Translations under genes and position numbers: made by a program
Part shown: positions 40,820-51,538 of the stretch, piece by piece
How the letters are laid out: the number at the start of each line of letters is the position of its first letter
Numbering within the stretch: position 1 is the stretch's first letter
The notes under the pieces: generated by a model
Seen by the model: the letters and a program-made list of their open reading frames with translations, nothing else
Databases searched by the model: none
Told to the model about the DNA's origin: nothing
Origin: Macrostomum lignano
Lineage: Eukaryota
DNA length: 60,889 bases
Assembly (NCBI GenBank): GCA_002269645.1
Contig: NIVC01004094.1
Coordinates: 1-60,889, forward strand
Direction of reading: 5' to 3'

Positions 40820-43305
40820 TCTCATTGATAACATCTTCGTTTATTTTTTTCGTGCACTGTAGCAACACATTTCTAGTTTCTTGCTGTTTACCATCTATCC
40901 TACGCCTATATCTATCCTTATAATACTTACAATAGTCATTGTGATTCTTGAAGAAATCTGTTATGTATTGTTGTTGGAATTCACGTTTCTCACGTTGGGC
41001 TAGAGTCCTATAGTATTCACTCTCTGTTGCGGCAGTGTAAATTTCTCTAATAAGCAAAAATGTTTTTTCCTCAGTTTCTAAAAATTCATAATTCTCTTCA
41101 AAGAAGTGAGCAAACCAATTACAATTCTGTATGAATTCATTAGTGTTTTCAATTACGCTTTTCGATCGATATATTTCACCCTTTGTTTGCTTGAAAATTT
41201 CTAGTAGGTGTTTCATCTCAGCAAACTTATATTTATTCTTAAACTCCTCGGTCTTAAGATATGAATCGGCTTTATAAATGTGTTTCGCATGATCAATGAT
41301 GTCGGTATCTGTTGTATATTTACATGGGTAATTAATATTTATAATTCGTCTTTTTTCTGCATCTCCAATATTTTGTCTAAAGTCAGGCTTGTTGTTGCAT
41401 TCGACTATTAGGGTTGCGTGTAAAACGACATTACACTGACTTGAATATAAATTTCTAGCTTGGATAACCCCACCACCAGTTAGTAATTTTATTGATGCAT
41501 TGTTCAAGACACCACTTACTTCTTGACTGATAACCAACCTCTTTTTATTAATTTGTGCTAGGGCTGGTTGTGGCCTGTCTATTCTTATTGGTGAATTCAA
41601 AACATCAGGACTCAGTGGTGCTGCATAATCAGATCCTAGAGTTCTAAGAAGTAGGTTGTCCTCAACCCCCTTGCCATTTCCACCAGCGCCATCAAACATT
41701 ATAAAGTTTTCAACATTCTTACCCATTAGAGCTGTGGCTATAACGGATTCCCAACTTTTTCTATTTTCTGGATCGGGATGAATTTGGTTATGCAGATTAA
41801 CAATGAAGCCATAGTCGTAATCACTCACTCCAAGTACATCCGAGTAATTATATCCCACCGATTTAGTAACGTAATCGTCATATCTATACTCGCGAAACTC
41901 ACCTGTAAGGAGGTCGTATACTCCATCGTTAAACCCTAGCAAATTCCATTTCATGTCGAATTCAATTTCATTGTTAGTAAACCTCTCTTTGAACAAAGTA
42001 GTTACCTGTTTGAGTTTGTTGGCTCCTTGTATTGAATTTATATTCTTTATTGTACTCTGTAGTTTCTTTTCAAGTGCTTTTAACTTCTCTTTATCATCAG
42101 CCGCCTTCTTAATTGCAATTTCGAGTCTAGTCTTTCGGTGGTTTAACTCACTGCTGACAAGGTGTGATATTTTAAGAAATATGTCATTTATACTACTTAG
42201 TTCTCTCCACTTATCATCATCAAAATAGTAAATACCATCGCTATTGTAAATTATATTATTCTTCTTATATTCATAAACAAAGTTGGTTATATTAACGTCA
42301 GTGAAATTATCATCAAGAACTCAATCCTACCATAATAATCATATTTGCTTTTCCATTCCTTATATTTGTTATAGTTTTCTTCACTTGCCCATTTCTTTAG
42401 TGTACCGATAGTAAGTCTGTCCTGTGCATCAGCAGAGCTGGTACTGGTGCTATTCCACACCTTTTTACATGATTCGGAATCGAACTTATCATAATTTACT
42501 TTTGACCAATCAGTGAATACTTTGTACATTTCATCACCACTGTCTATGTCGCGGAGTATAAGTGCTACCTTGTACCAAGAATCATAGTCTTGGTTTTTGT
42601 GTTGTATTATACTTAACAACTTTGAAGCTCCTTCACAAGTGGGTGGTGGAACGGTGCTTTTTAGTGCCTGTTTATCGGGTTCTTGGTTTTCTTTTTTATC
42701 CTGTGGCTTTATTAATCTATTTATCTCATCAAGAATTACATCTCGCATGTCTATTAAACATTTGGACTTTGTACGTTTGTATTCCTAATTTCACCATCGA
42801 CATAATAGAAACCTGGTGGAGCAAATACTAAGGCGGGAATATCAAAACCCACACTTTGTTGAATCGTTACTTTCAATCCATCTACTTTGTTAAAGTAAAA
42901 GTGGTGTCCCTTGTTTGTCTGAACAACCCAATCACAATGAGTCATACACAGTTCATTCAACTCAGGGCATAGGTCAGCATTATCAATATCGATTACGGTT
43001 ATATTTGAGTTTCTAGTATCTATCCAAATCATGTTGTCTACATCTGGTCGAAATGGTGGTGAGGTTGAATTCCTATCTGCTTTGGTTGGCATTCCTGATG
43101 GTATTTTTTTCTTTGTTTTACTATTCCATGTTACACTGCAACTTCCGAATCTAAAATTAAGTTCTTCATAGAGATTAATTAGTTTATCGTACGATTTTGT
43201 TTGTTTTAAATTTGTCAATCTTGGTGGTGGGACATCATGGTTTTGAAGCGGATCCTGTACGATCACAGGAGAGAAACTTGAATCGTTTTGATTTTTTCTT
43301 TCCAT
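40797..43305 (-). CDS. Prim-Pol + PriCT-2 + D5-like SF3 helicase, split by at least 3 frameshifts
   Basis: VIDID..VQTNKGHHFYF (primase-polymerase); YDSWYKVALILR...FTDWS..KVWNS..LTIGTLKKWA (PriCT-2); LLGFNDGVYDL (D5_N); Walker A FDGAGGNGKG; KKRLVISQE; IKLLTGG. Confidence 0.88.
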
Positions 43306-43321
43306 TTTATTTAAAATAAAT

Positions 43322-43663
43322 TTAACAATATAATTCATCAGTTTCAATGTACTTCTCAAGGGTTATGGGGAGTTTGAAAATGTTCAACTTAAGCATGACG
43401 AAAAATTCATCATTCCTTATGTGCTGTCTCGAAATCAATGCCCATTTATCAACATGTGCAAGATATACTCTGAATGAATACAAATATGGGGGGCATTTAC
43501 AATCGCTGTGTTTTAATATTTCTGCTTTATATTCATCGTAAGCTTTATCAATTTCTTCAATTAGTCGAGCCTTTCGAGTTGGTGTTTTTATTTGAGAGAA
43601 ATTTATAATAGAATCATAATACTTTTGTGGCAGTGCATTTCGTACATTTGGGTTAGCTTCCAT
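43322..43663 (-). CDS. Hypothetical 113-aa Polinton protein
   Basis: Clean ORF with AAAAATG start context, co-oriented with its neighbours; no family recognised. Confidence 0.55.
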   Translation of the reverse strand: MEANPNVRNALPQKYYDSIINFSQIKTPTRKARLIEEIDKAYDEYKAEILKHSDCKCPPYLYSFRVYLAHVDKWALISRQHIRNDEFFVMLKLNIFKLPITLEKYIETDELYC

Positions 43664-43679
43664 TTTTCTATGAAAAATT

Positions 43680-43978
43680 TAACATTTTTGCTTTCTTTTG
43701 GGCAAATTTCTATAGATAATCCAACTTTAGCATTTTCTGTGTATCATTATACTTTGTCTTCTTAAATTTTCGCTACTTTTGCGCCTACTTCATTGGCAGC
43801 TTTTTTATTATTGACTGCCTTTGCGATTCCGGCAGCACCTGCCTGTCTTATGAGAGGTAGATTGTCTTTTAGTAAGTTGGAATGGTGCTTCTAGTATCAA
43901 AATACCTTCTCCATTGTACTCTAGGGGCTCACCTATTGTATACTCTCTTAGCTTGCGTGGATCTGTAACGGGGCACAT
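43680..43978 (-). CDS. Small frameshifted ORF with NGEG|IFD motif (putative second membrane-lytic/core protein)
   Basis: MCPVTDPRKLREYTIGEPLEYNGEG then, after a frame change, LLKDNLPLIRQAGAAGIAKAVNNKKAANEVGAKVAK; resembles the ORF at 51944. Confidence 0.45.
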
Positions 43979-44142
43979 TTTTGTCTATTTTTAGAAACAG
44001 AAAAATAAACACAGGAACAGAAAAAGACTTTCAGACACCAAAGGCCAAACTCCATTGGGCTAAATGTGGCCTGCTCAAAGCGATGATATATTTGTTTAAA
44101 TTATTACCTTAATAAATGTTTGATATCAAGTCATGTTGATAA

Positions 44143-44412
44143 TTATGGCGCATTAGATGGTTCTATATCAGCGCGGCATGTTGGGCACCTAACCATGTTG
44201 CCCTCTTGAATTCCGGTGCGATAACATATTTCACAAACCACAGCTCGACAACATGCCATGGTAACGTTTGGTGGCCGTGGTTCGTGTTGGCAGATTGGAC
44301 AAAGCCCTTGATTATTCCCCGGCTGAGCTGGATGGTTCTGTACTTGAGTCGGGTTATCCTCTGGTTGAATATCAGCTAGTTGGTGCTCCATATCTTGGCG
44401 ATAAGCAACCAA
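44143..44412 (-). CDS. RING-finger-like protein (5' end uncertain)
   Basis: CPIC-x12-CC-x4-CEIC-x12-CPTC. Confidence 0.7.
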   Translation of the reverse strand: MVAYRQDMEHQLADIQPEDNPTQVQNHPAQPGNNQGLCPICQHEPRPPNVTMACCRAVVCEICYRTGIQEGNMVRCPTCRADIEPSNAP

Positions 44413-44527
44413 GCGCCTCTCTGCTTCTTGAACGCGACGTTTTTGAAGATAGTAGTTCTAGGAAAGGGTTTGGTGCGCTCGTATATGATTTTTGTAAACT
44501 TAAAACCTTATAATGTAAAAACACTTT

Positions 44528-44719
44528 TTAACTAACCTTTAGCTGATTAAAGAAGCGCTCTTCATTAGCCAAATTTTGTGGGTTATACTCCAAAAAGATG
44601 TTGATGGCAATATCTCTAAACATTGAGTTCCTATGGTGTTGTCGCAAATTTCGCTCACGAATTCTAAGAGTTGCTCTAGCGGCAGTAAGCCTCTCGTGCA
44701 AATTCGAGAAAGAAGGCAT
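44528..44719 (-). CDS. Hypothetical 63-aa protein, possibly the 5' part of the RING gene
   Basis: Short helical/basic ORF immediately upstream of, and co-oriented with, the RING ORF. Confidence 0.35.
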   Translation of the reverse strand: MPSFSNLHERLTAARATLRIRERNLRQHHRNSMFRDIAINIFLEYNPQNLANEERFFNQLKVS

Positions 44720-44934
44720 TGTAGGAATGATATTTTGTAAGAAGGTAAAGTTAGTAGAGAAAAATTACTAGACCTTGCCGCTCGTGGCCATTCATTTATA
44801 TATTTTTATGACAAAACGTCAGACCCCGCATTCCATTCAGACCAAAACACGAGACCAATTTTTATCTTTTTATTTTTCGAAATTTTCTTCTCGCGTTTTG
44901 GTCTCGCGTTTTGGTCTGAATGGAATGCATGACT

Positions 44935-45417
44935 CAGTGTAGCAAGAGTATAAGATAAAAAATATAAAACCCCGAATTCCTGTGTTAGTCATCGAGTGAA
45001 GTTTGCCTACTTGCTTTGCTATCTTGGTCGGACAATAGCCGACCATATTGTTGCGGTGCGAGCTTGCTTCTGTGTAGCAAGAGTAGATGAAAAATATAAA
45101 ACCCCGAATTCCTGTGTTAGTCATCGAGTGAAGTTTGCCTACTTGCTTTACTATCTTGGTCGGACAATAGCCGACCATATTGTTGCGGTGCGAGCTTGCT
45201 TCTGTGTAGCAAGAGTATAAGATAAAAAATATACAACCCCGAATTCCTGCGTTACTCATTGAGTAAAGTTTGCCTACTTGCTTTGCTACGGTGGTTGGAC
45301 AATAGCCGACCATATTATTGCTCTGCGAGATTGCTTCTGTGTGTAGCAAAAGTAGATGAAAAATATACAACCCCGAATTCCTGCGTTAGTCACTGAGTGA
45401 AGTTTGCCTACTTGCCA
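44935..45417. repeat. 132-135-bp structured tandem repeat, ~3.6 copies, inside the Polinton
   Basis: cccgaattcc at 44971, 45103, 45238 and 45372; internal stems ggtcgg/ccgacc and cttgct/agcaag. Confidence 0.92.
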
Positions 45418-45510
45418 GCTTCCTAAGATAGTAATTTTTTGTTTATTGACCCCGTTGGGAGTTTTTGTACTTATGTTGTGTTTTTATGGTGACTATGGTA
45501 TTATGTCTAA

Positions 45511-46919
45511 TTATGTGACAATTATGTCTAAAATCGGATAAAGTTGAAAGCCTGAAACAATAAGAACAGTTGATCCTTCAGTGGCTGAATTAATATGCAC
45601 TCTATAACCGGAGAATTTTTCGGTGGAAGCTACTTCAAAATATTTCATCACTCCAGGAACTAAACCAGCATTTTCGGTAGAAAAAATATTCCTAAAGTCT
45701 CTCTTGTTATTGCTCCCTTTCAGAATAAAACTTTTTGGTTGATTTTTTATAATTTCACTACCTACTGCTTTGGTTCCTTTCAATCCGAATTTCCAAATTT
45801 GAATAGATTCAGGAAGTTGTACTTCAATGTAAGAATTGGGTTCATTCCTCGATGCCCATTCTGAATTAGATACTATATAACCCCAATTATCTGACGTTTC
45901 AAATGCTCCTGATGACGCTACATTGAAACCCCTTTCTCTATAGTTTTGACGTGTTGCTAGTGAGGGAATATATCCTGTATAAGATTTGAAACCTAGTCCC
46001 CGCCTTAGTCGCAGCTCCACTGATTCAAGTGCATTGTCTACGTATAGCTTTGGTACAGCTTGAAGTCTATCTATAGGCCACACTAAATCATTAACCACTG
46101 TTTGTCTCTCAAGTAATTCAACTTTTGTAAGCTTTACGGAACCAGAAAAATTAAGAGAATAATGGAAATAATATGAGGGTTTGGGTATTTTTTTCCTAAG
46201 ATGTGCATTGCCCCTTCGTAGTTCAATGGGTGCACTTTGTTCAACAGGTGTCCAGTTTGTTCCATTTAGGCTCACACTAACAGACCAACCAGGCCACACC
46301 TCTCCTTCCAACTTTATCTCTACAACTTTCCTAGCTCTTTTCAAAAATTGAAATCGTATCCACTTGTCTGAGTCATCTGCACTGCTCCATTCTGAAGCCG
46401 GGTTTGAATCTGCAACATGATATGCTGCTGAAGAGTTATGAGAAGCGGTCACTTTCATGTCAGGATGGGAAGCGTTTGAAGTCAGTAATGAAAGAATATT
46501 GACTAATTTCGAACTCTCTGTACCTCCCGCAGTACCTTGCCTTCTGCTAACAAAGTGTCAATCTCAGTTTTAGAATACATCTTAGTGTCAATCTCAGTTT
46601 TAGAATACATCTTAGTGTCAATCTCAGTTTTAGAATACATCTTAGTGTCAGTTTCGGTTTTTGTGCAGACATTGTTTACGCGCCCATGAGCATCGTCAAT
46701 TAATTGTAGCATGGTGATATTCATTGCGTCACTATCTTCCTTTGAATAAGAGTCTGAAACATCTCTCTTTGCTAACAATAAATTATCTATTTCCTCTCTC
46801 TTATATCCTTCATTTTCATTGATGTATCGATCATCAGCTAACGCTATTGTTATTCCAGGTGCTATATCATTTGAATTTGACGAGTAACCAAATTGATTAG
46901 CAGTATTCTTGTAACTCAT
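45511..46919 (-). CDS. Fiber/receptor-binding-like protein: YSKTEID repeats plus two F5/8-type-C (discoidin)-like domains; one frameshift near 46505
   Basis: 30-bp repeats encoding YSKTEIDTKM; SEWSS...KWIRFQF and SEWAS...SYIEVQLP...PKSFILKGSNN...FSGYRVHI; adding one base fuses 46503-46919 and 45511-46458 into ~469 aa. Confidence 0.7.
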
Positions 46920-47347
46920 TTTAATTGCTGCAAAATTTCATTATAGCTATCTCCTTTATCGATTCGATGTAAAAAGTACAGCGACATTTGACCACAAAAT
47001 TTCTTATCTAAAGTTTGAATTTGTTCTTCCATGTCTCCACATATTCTATTCTTTGTGTGATTAAACTTTTCCATAATTTCCAGTGTGGGCGGTAGTGCAT
47101 AGGAATCAAAAAAATAAACCTTATCATGAGCTGAAAAGATAGCTGAATGATGTATACCCCGTTCTTTCGAAGTGTGAATATTTGTCATAAAGTAACCATA
47201 CTGTGGTAAATCAACAATTTCATCTCTCATGGCATAGCGAAATGGTTTTAACTTGAGATATTTTGCCCAATTTATCAGATCAATATTAGTCGTAGTGTCA
47301 GTCCCAAACTTTTGTTTAAATGCATTCCATGTCTCAGCTTCGCTCAT
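46916..47347 (-). CDS. Adenain-like cysteine maturation protease
   Basis: GIHHSAI (His), YFFDSY (Asp), QIQ...FCG (Gln, Cys). Confidence 0.9.
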   Translation of the reverse strand: MSEAETWNAFKQKFGTDTTTNIDLINWAKYLKLKPFRYAMRDEIVDLPQYGYFMTNIHTSKERGIHHSAIFSAHDKVYFFDSYALPPTLEIMEKFNHTKNRICGDMEEQIQTLDKKFCGQMSLYFLHRIDKGDSYNEILQQLK

Positions 47348-47356
47348 TTTTAACAC

Positions 47357-48148
47357 TCATATTTGTCGTACGTGTAGATTTATAAATATTTCCTCGCCAT
47401 CAAAGTCGTATAGAACACCAGACTCATCTTCGATGACAAAGTCGAATGTGCTCAACATGTTTGTAGTTAGTGGTAGGTACACAGGATTTGCAGGCTCTTG
47501 AATAATTTTACTTCCCATTGGGACAGAGAACGATGGAATTGAAAGAAGTATTTGCTTATCAATTAAATGATTTCCATTGGCTGGATCAGTGATAAAACCC
47601 CCTTTGATATTGAGACAACGAACCATGATCGCACTTCTAGCTCCGTCTATCCGAGCTGGATTTGGAGCTCTCTCAAATGGTTTCAAATACACTTCCGAAT
47701 TGAATCCCAACAGTCTTCTAAAGTTATTGGAATGTGCATCCCTGAAATCAACTTGATACTCTGTGGCTAACCGTAACTCAACCCTACGCGTGTCTAGGCT
47801 TGCACTGAAAACAATAGCCCCCTCTTTCCAATCATTTGCAGCTGTTAGCAATCTTTGAATCTCGCTTGACAGACTTTTAACTTCCCAAGATCCTGCTTGA
47901 ATCTTTATTTTCTTCCATGTTCTACCACTATCCCTCGAGTATCGCAACTCATTATTGCCTCCTTCAATATTGTTAATAGCATCAAAGACTGCAAACTTTT
48001 TTATACCAGCTTCGTATTCTCGATCTTCATACAAATTTATCGGAGTGCCTAGAGTTTGTCGAAATGGGTTTTTAATTGAAAAGAAGTCAAATGTGCGTTG
48101 AAACTTTTTACTCAAGAGGATGTTGACTTTTTCTATTTCTTTTTCCAT
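47357..48148 (-). CDS. Minor capsid (penton) protein
   Basis: 263 aa, beta-rich; NNELRYS..G..WKKIKI..GSWE, FRRLLGF, ILLSIP, PVYLPL, GEEIFINLHVR; typical position in the capsid module. Confidence 0.85.
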   Translation of the reverse strand: MEKEIEKVNILLSKKFQRTFDFFSIKNPFRQTLGTPINLYEDREYEAGIKKFAVFDAINNIEGGNNELRYSRDSGRTWKKIKIQAGSWEVKSLSSEIQRLLTAANDWKEGAIVFSASLDTRRVELRLATEYQVDFRDAHSNNFRRLLGFNSEVYLKPFERAPNPARIDGARSAIMVRCLNIKGGFITDPANGNHLIDKQILLSIPSFSVPMGSKIIQEPANPVYLPLTTNMLSTFDFVIEDESGVLYDFDGEEIFINLHVRQI

Positions 48149-48150
48149 TT

Positions 48151-48882
48151 TTAAGCAAGTAATTCTACTAGCTCTTTATCAACATTGTTATGTCCCTCTG
48201 CTTTTGCGGCTAGTAATGTCAACACTCTTTCACTGAGTCCAGATCCCGGTTTTACTCGATATCCTGGTGGATTATCTTTCAATATCCTTACTGCTTGCTT
48301 ATAATTCCCACTTGATTTGGCCGCTGGATTTTTACAGTGTTCAATGAGGTTAACATAATCCTGCAATGTTTGCATCTTGAATTGCTTCAGCTCTTCACCA
48401 TTTTCAGTTACTTTAGGCATTTTGAACAACTCTTCAAGATCTTCAGAAAATGGCATTCGGAATTCGTTGACAATGATGTCCCGACCTTGTTCATGGAATT
48501 CAACCTCTATTACAGATGATCCAAATATATATCCAGCATCAGTTTTTTGAATCCGTATACTAGGCGCTGGTCTTTGAGTTATTGGAATCTTTCCAATTTC
48601 TTCAATTATTTTGTCAAATACTTCCAGAGGTTCAAATCGTCCTTTTGGTGTACTTAATTGCGGAACTGGAACTTTTTGATTCTGAAGTTTATCAACAAGG
48701 TTGGCATTGAAATCAATAAATTCATCAAGCTTTTCTGTGACAGGTTTTTGAGCTAATGGAGCCACTCTTGCATATAAACTCTCTTCTCCAATTTTCAAAT
48801 AGCGTTGAGCATCATTTCTGGATTTGTACGTTTCTCGCTGCTTTGCTAAATTAATGAGTTCTCTTATATATTCATTAGTCAT
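48151..48882 (-). CDS. Conserved Polinton core protein (PZ-like)
   Basis: KPVTEKL near the N-terminus; C-terminal GSG|LSERVLTLLAAKAEGHNN..E motif typical of Mavericks. Confidence 0.65.
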   Translation of the reverse strand: MTNEYIRELINLAKQRETYKSRNDAQRYLKIGEESLYARVAPLAQKPVTEKLDEFIDFNANLVDKLQNQKVPVPQLSTPKGRFEPLEVFDKIIEEIGKIPITQRPAPSIRIQKTDAGYIFGSSVIEVEFHEQGRDIIVNEFRMPFSEDLEELFKMPKVTENGEELKQFKMQTLQDYVNLIEHCKNPAAKSSGNYKQAVRILKDNPPGYRVKPGSGLSERVLTLLAAKAEGHNNVDKELVELLA

Positions 48883-48884
48883 TT

Positions 48885-49658
48885 TTACAATGGGATTTTA
48901 GTTAGAACATCCTTATACAAATCTTGCTCATCCTCATCAGCTCTTGTATTTATATAGATATAGCCATACTTCTTTTTCCAAGCCTCTCTACATTTAGCCT
49001 TGAATATAGCGGGTTCATAATTCGTTTCTATATTTCTAGCAATGTGATTTAAGTTTGTATCTTTTTGTTTAAAGATTATGTAACATGTCGTATTCTCCCT
49101 GACAGTATTGCGATCTAGTTTGGTAAAATTTTGAGCTAGATAAAAACCACAACAGTTTCCATGCCTGCCTCTCTGAAACAGACTTTCCTGAAATGTTTGA
49201 TTAGCCTCTCCCAAAACATCGTCCAATATCACACATGTCTTTAGTCCATTATGAAAAATTTCTTCATTTGGAGTATGGGAAAGAGTGACAGGAATTTTCT
49301 CTATTACTTCTGAATTTTCTGATGTGCTTTGCACTCGACCAGGGTTGGCTGCCTCTCGACAAATATGTCTAATATCTTCAGGAGATGCATCCTCACTCAC
49401 CTGGTAGACATGATAGAGTGAGTTGATAAGAGAAGGTGGGAGACCATTTTCAAAGCCATATTTTAGAAACTGATACTCTGGATCCATTTGAGATGCTCTG
49501 GGAACATATAAAACTAACTCATTAAAGTCAACTAGTTTTTCAGGACTTGTAAGAATATGGAATAGTAAATATGTTTTACCCGTATTTGTAGCGCCGATAA
49601 TACAACATAAAAGAGGATTAGGGAAAATAGGATCATGCTGAAATTTTACTTTGGGCAT
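48885..49658 (-). CDS. A32/FtsK-HerA-like DNA packaging ATPase
   Basis: Walker A IIGATNTGKT, Walker B CVILDD, RGRH, YLAQ, VREN. Confidence 0.95.
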   Translation of the reverse strand: MPKVKFQHDPIFPNPLLCCIIGATNTGKTYLLFHILTSPEKLVDFNELVLYVPRASQMDPEYQFLKYGFENGLPPSLINSLYHVYQVSEDASPEDIRHICREAANPGRVQSTSENSEVIEKIPVTLSHTPNEEIFHNGLKTCVILDDVLGEANQTFQESLFQRGRHGNCCGFYLAQNFTKLDRNTVRENTTCYIIFKQKDTNLNHIARNIETNYEPAIFKAKCREAWKKKYGYIYINTRADEDEQDLYKDVLTKIPL

Positions 49659-49679
49659 TTAAAAAAAGAAAAAATGACC

Positions 49680-51044
49680 TTATTCGACGCGGGTCATTTG
49701 ATATTCACTGGTAACTTTTATTACATTCTTTGTTTGTTCAAGAATTAGTGCAAAAGCAGTCAGCTCAACATTTGTTGACTTCTTGATAAATAATTGAATA
49801 TTCACTCCACTCTTGACCAGAAACTCATCTTGAGCTGTTAGATCAAAGCAAAAGATTGGATAGATGGTTAGAAAGTCTTGTTTATTGAATGGAGGAGTTA
49901 CACCGAAACGGCTGCAGATGTCTTCGTACATTTCATACGCTCTGTGAATGTCTTGAGCTACTGGATCAATTTCAACATAATCATTCGGATACATCACCTG
50001 ATTTAATCTGACTTGAAGCTGGGTTATTTTCACTGCATTTGCTCCAGTTTTGTAAGACACATACTTGTGATCATTAACTATATATGATGGGTTGTTTACG
50101 TCATATTTGAAAGCTACAAAGATTGCAAGTGGCATATTGGAGATGTTGGCTATGTTCCATGTATATGGACTTCCTTGAATGAGTTGTGGTGGAACCGTTA
50201 CCCTCTCTGGAAATGATACTGTAATGTCCTTGTTGAGTGATTTTAGAAAAGCTGCTTCAGCACTGGGTGACAAAGTAATAGCAGGGATCCAAATCTCAAA
50301 GCTATTAATAGTTAACTTAGCTTCCGTCCCGGCAGCTCCAAAGAAAATTTCAGCATCGTTAGTCTTTCTTGTCCATGTGAATTTATATTTAATTCCTTTG
50401 CTAATCTTCTGCCAATCAAGGAACCCAATGAGAGGTGTTAATGATAGTTTGATTGTTCCACCTCTGTTTGGAGCATTAGTGACATTGTTATAATTTTCAA
50501 GCCTCCTAATGTATCCAGTATTCGAATCCTTCTTATTGAGTCTATTTTTCATAGCGATTGCTGCAGTTCTCACAGCTTCAGCATCTGCGTTGTTTGCTAG
50601 AGGTATATCAGAAACAGTCCCAGCATCTCCAGTGTCTGGAATCCATCCGTATGCTTCTCCAACTTCATTCATTAATTTTGAGTACATTACGGACTTTAAG
50701 ATTGTGTCATACTCTCCAGGATCATTATAGACTTTCTTTGTTCCTCCAATGTCAACTATGAGTTGAGAGAAAAGTCTCATAGGCCAATTATGTTCTAGAG
50801 TAATGTTCGTATTCAAGTCGGTGTTATCTCGTTGTGTTATTGAGTATTTTATACAACCGAATGCCTCTGACATGAGAATGTATGACTCTGTTGAATTGAC
50901 TTCATGAACTATTTGACCTCCTGCAACATTGAGATTATTAGTGCTACCTGGAGTTGGAGAAATCTTAATATAGTCTTCTTTCTTTTTGAAAAAGCTAAAA
51001 GTTTTGTCCTCATATATGCTCAGTATATCCTTTTTGTTCTCCAT
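49680..51044 (-). CDS. Double jelly-roll major capsid protein (hexon/PY)
   Basis: Intact 454-aa ORF; LFSQLIVDIGG, PLIGFLD, IWIPAITL, PLAIFVAF, QVRLNQVMYP, YPIFCFDLT. Confidence 0.88.
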   Translation of the reverse strand: MENKKDILSIYEDKTFSFFKKKEDYIKISPTPGSTNNLNVAGGQIVHEVNSTESYILMSEAFGCIKYSITQRDNTDLNTNITLEHNWPMRLFSQLIVDIGGTKKVYNDPGEYDTILKSVMYSKLMNEVGEAYGWIPDTGDAGTVSDIPLANNADAEAVRTAAIAMKNRLNKKDSNTGYIRRLENYNNVTNAPNRGGTIKLSLTPLIGFLDWQKISKGIKYKFTWTRKTNDAEIFFGAAGTEAKLTINSFEIWIPAITLSPSAEAAFLKSLNKDITVSFPERVTVPPQLIQGSPYTWNIANISNMPLAIFVAFKYDVNNPSYIVNDHKYVSYKTGANAVKITQLQVRLNQVMYPNDYVEIDPVAQDIHRAYEMYEDICSRFGVTPPFNKQDFLTIYPIFCFDLTAQDEFLVKSGVNIQLFIKKSTNVELTAFALILEQTKNVIKVTSEYQMTRVE

Positions 51045-51128
51045 TTTTATAAGAGAAATTTCAACTAAGCTTCATGAGGTCTAAGAATTATCCCATTACC
51101 CTGTTTCTCCTTTTCAACTTTAAAGTCT

Positions 51129-51515
51129 TTAGCAGCCACTTGACTGCTTCGCTGGGACTTGTTCGACTCTTTTAGCCGCATCAACTAATACTCCACTCCC
51201 TTGAGCCTTTTTCAACTCTTCTAGTTTTTGCCGTTCAATGCTTTCTATTGTCTTATTATGTTTAGCATTGTTGGCTGTATTAACACTTTTTGCAATCATT
51301 GTACCAACTCCTGAGGCTGCTCCGATACCACCCAAAATTGCTGGTAGTAAGCCTAATAGAGGAATTATTCCACCTTCATGTTCTTTCTGTTTCTCTTGCA
51401 ATTCTCGAATCTTCTCTTTAGAAAGATATTGCTTTTGCTTATTTACAGTAACATATCTTGGTTTTCCCTCTCGAACATATCGATTGAGTCTTGCTTCAGT
51501 GTTTTTCTCGCTCAT
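51129..51515 (-). CDS. Small structural protein with GG|IIPLLGLLPAILGG hydrophobic segment (membrane-penetration candidate)
   Basis: TAAAAATG start; hydrophobic segment directly after a GG motif, as seen in Maverick small core proteins. Confidence 0.7.
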   Translation of the reverse strand: MSEKNTEARLNRYVREGKPRYVTVNKQKQYLSKEKIRELQEKQKEHEGGIIPLLGLLPAILGGIGAASGVGTMIAKSVNTANNAKHNKTIESIERQKLEELKKAQGSGVLVDAAKRVEQVPAKQSSGC

Positions 51516-51538
51516 TTTTAAGGTCAGAATTTCTTCAA

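Noticed and set aside
44720-44790. TACTAAC branch-point-like motif suggesting splicing of the RING-region genes
   Set aside because: I could not build a spliced ORF that joins the frames convincingly; RNA data are needed.
44935-45417. CRISPR-like array, or a coding role for ORF 44870-45370
   Set aside because: The units are contiguous ~133-bp repeats with no unique spacers and no cas genes; the ORF is just the translated repeat.
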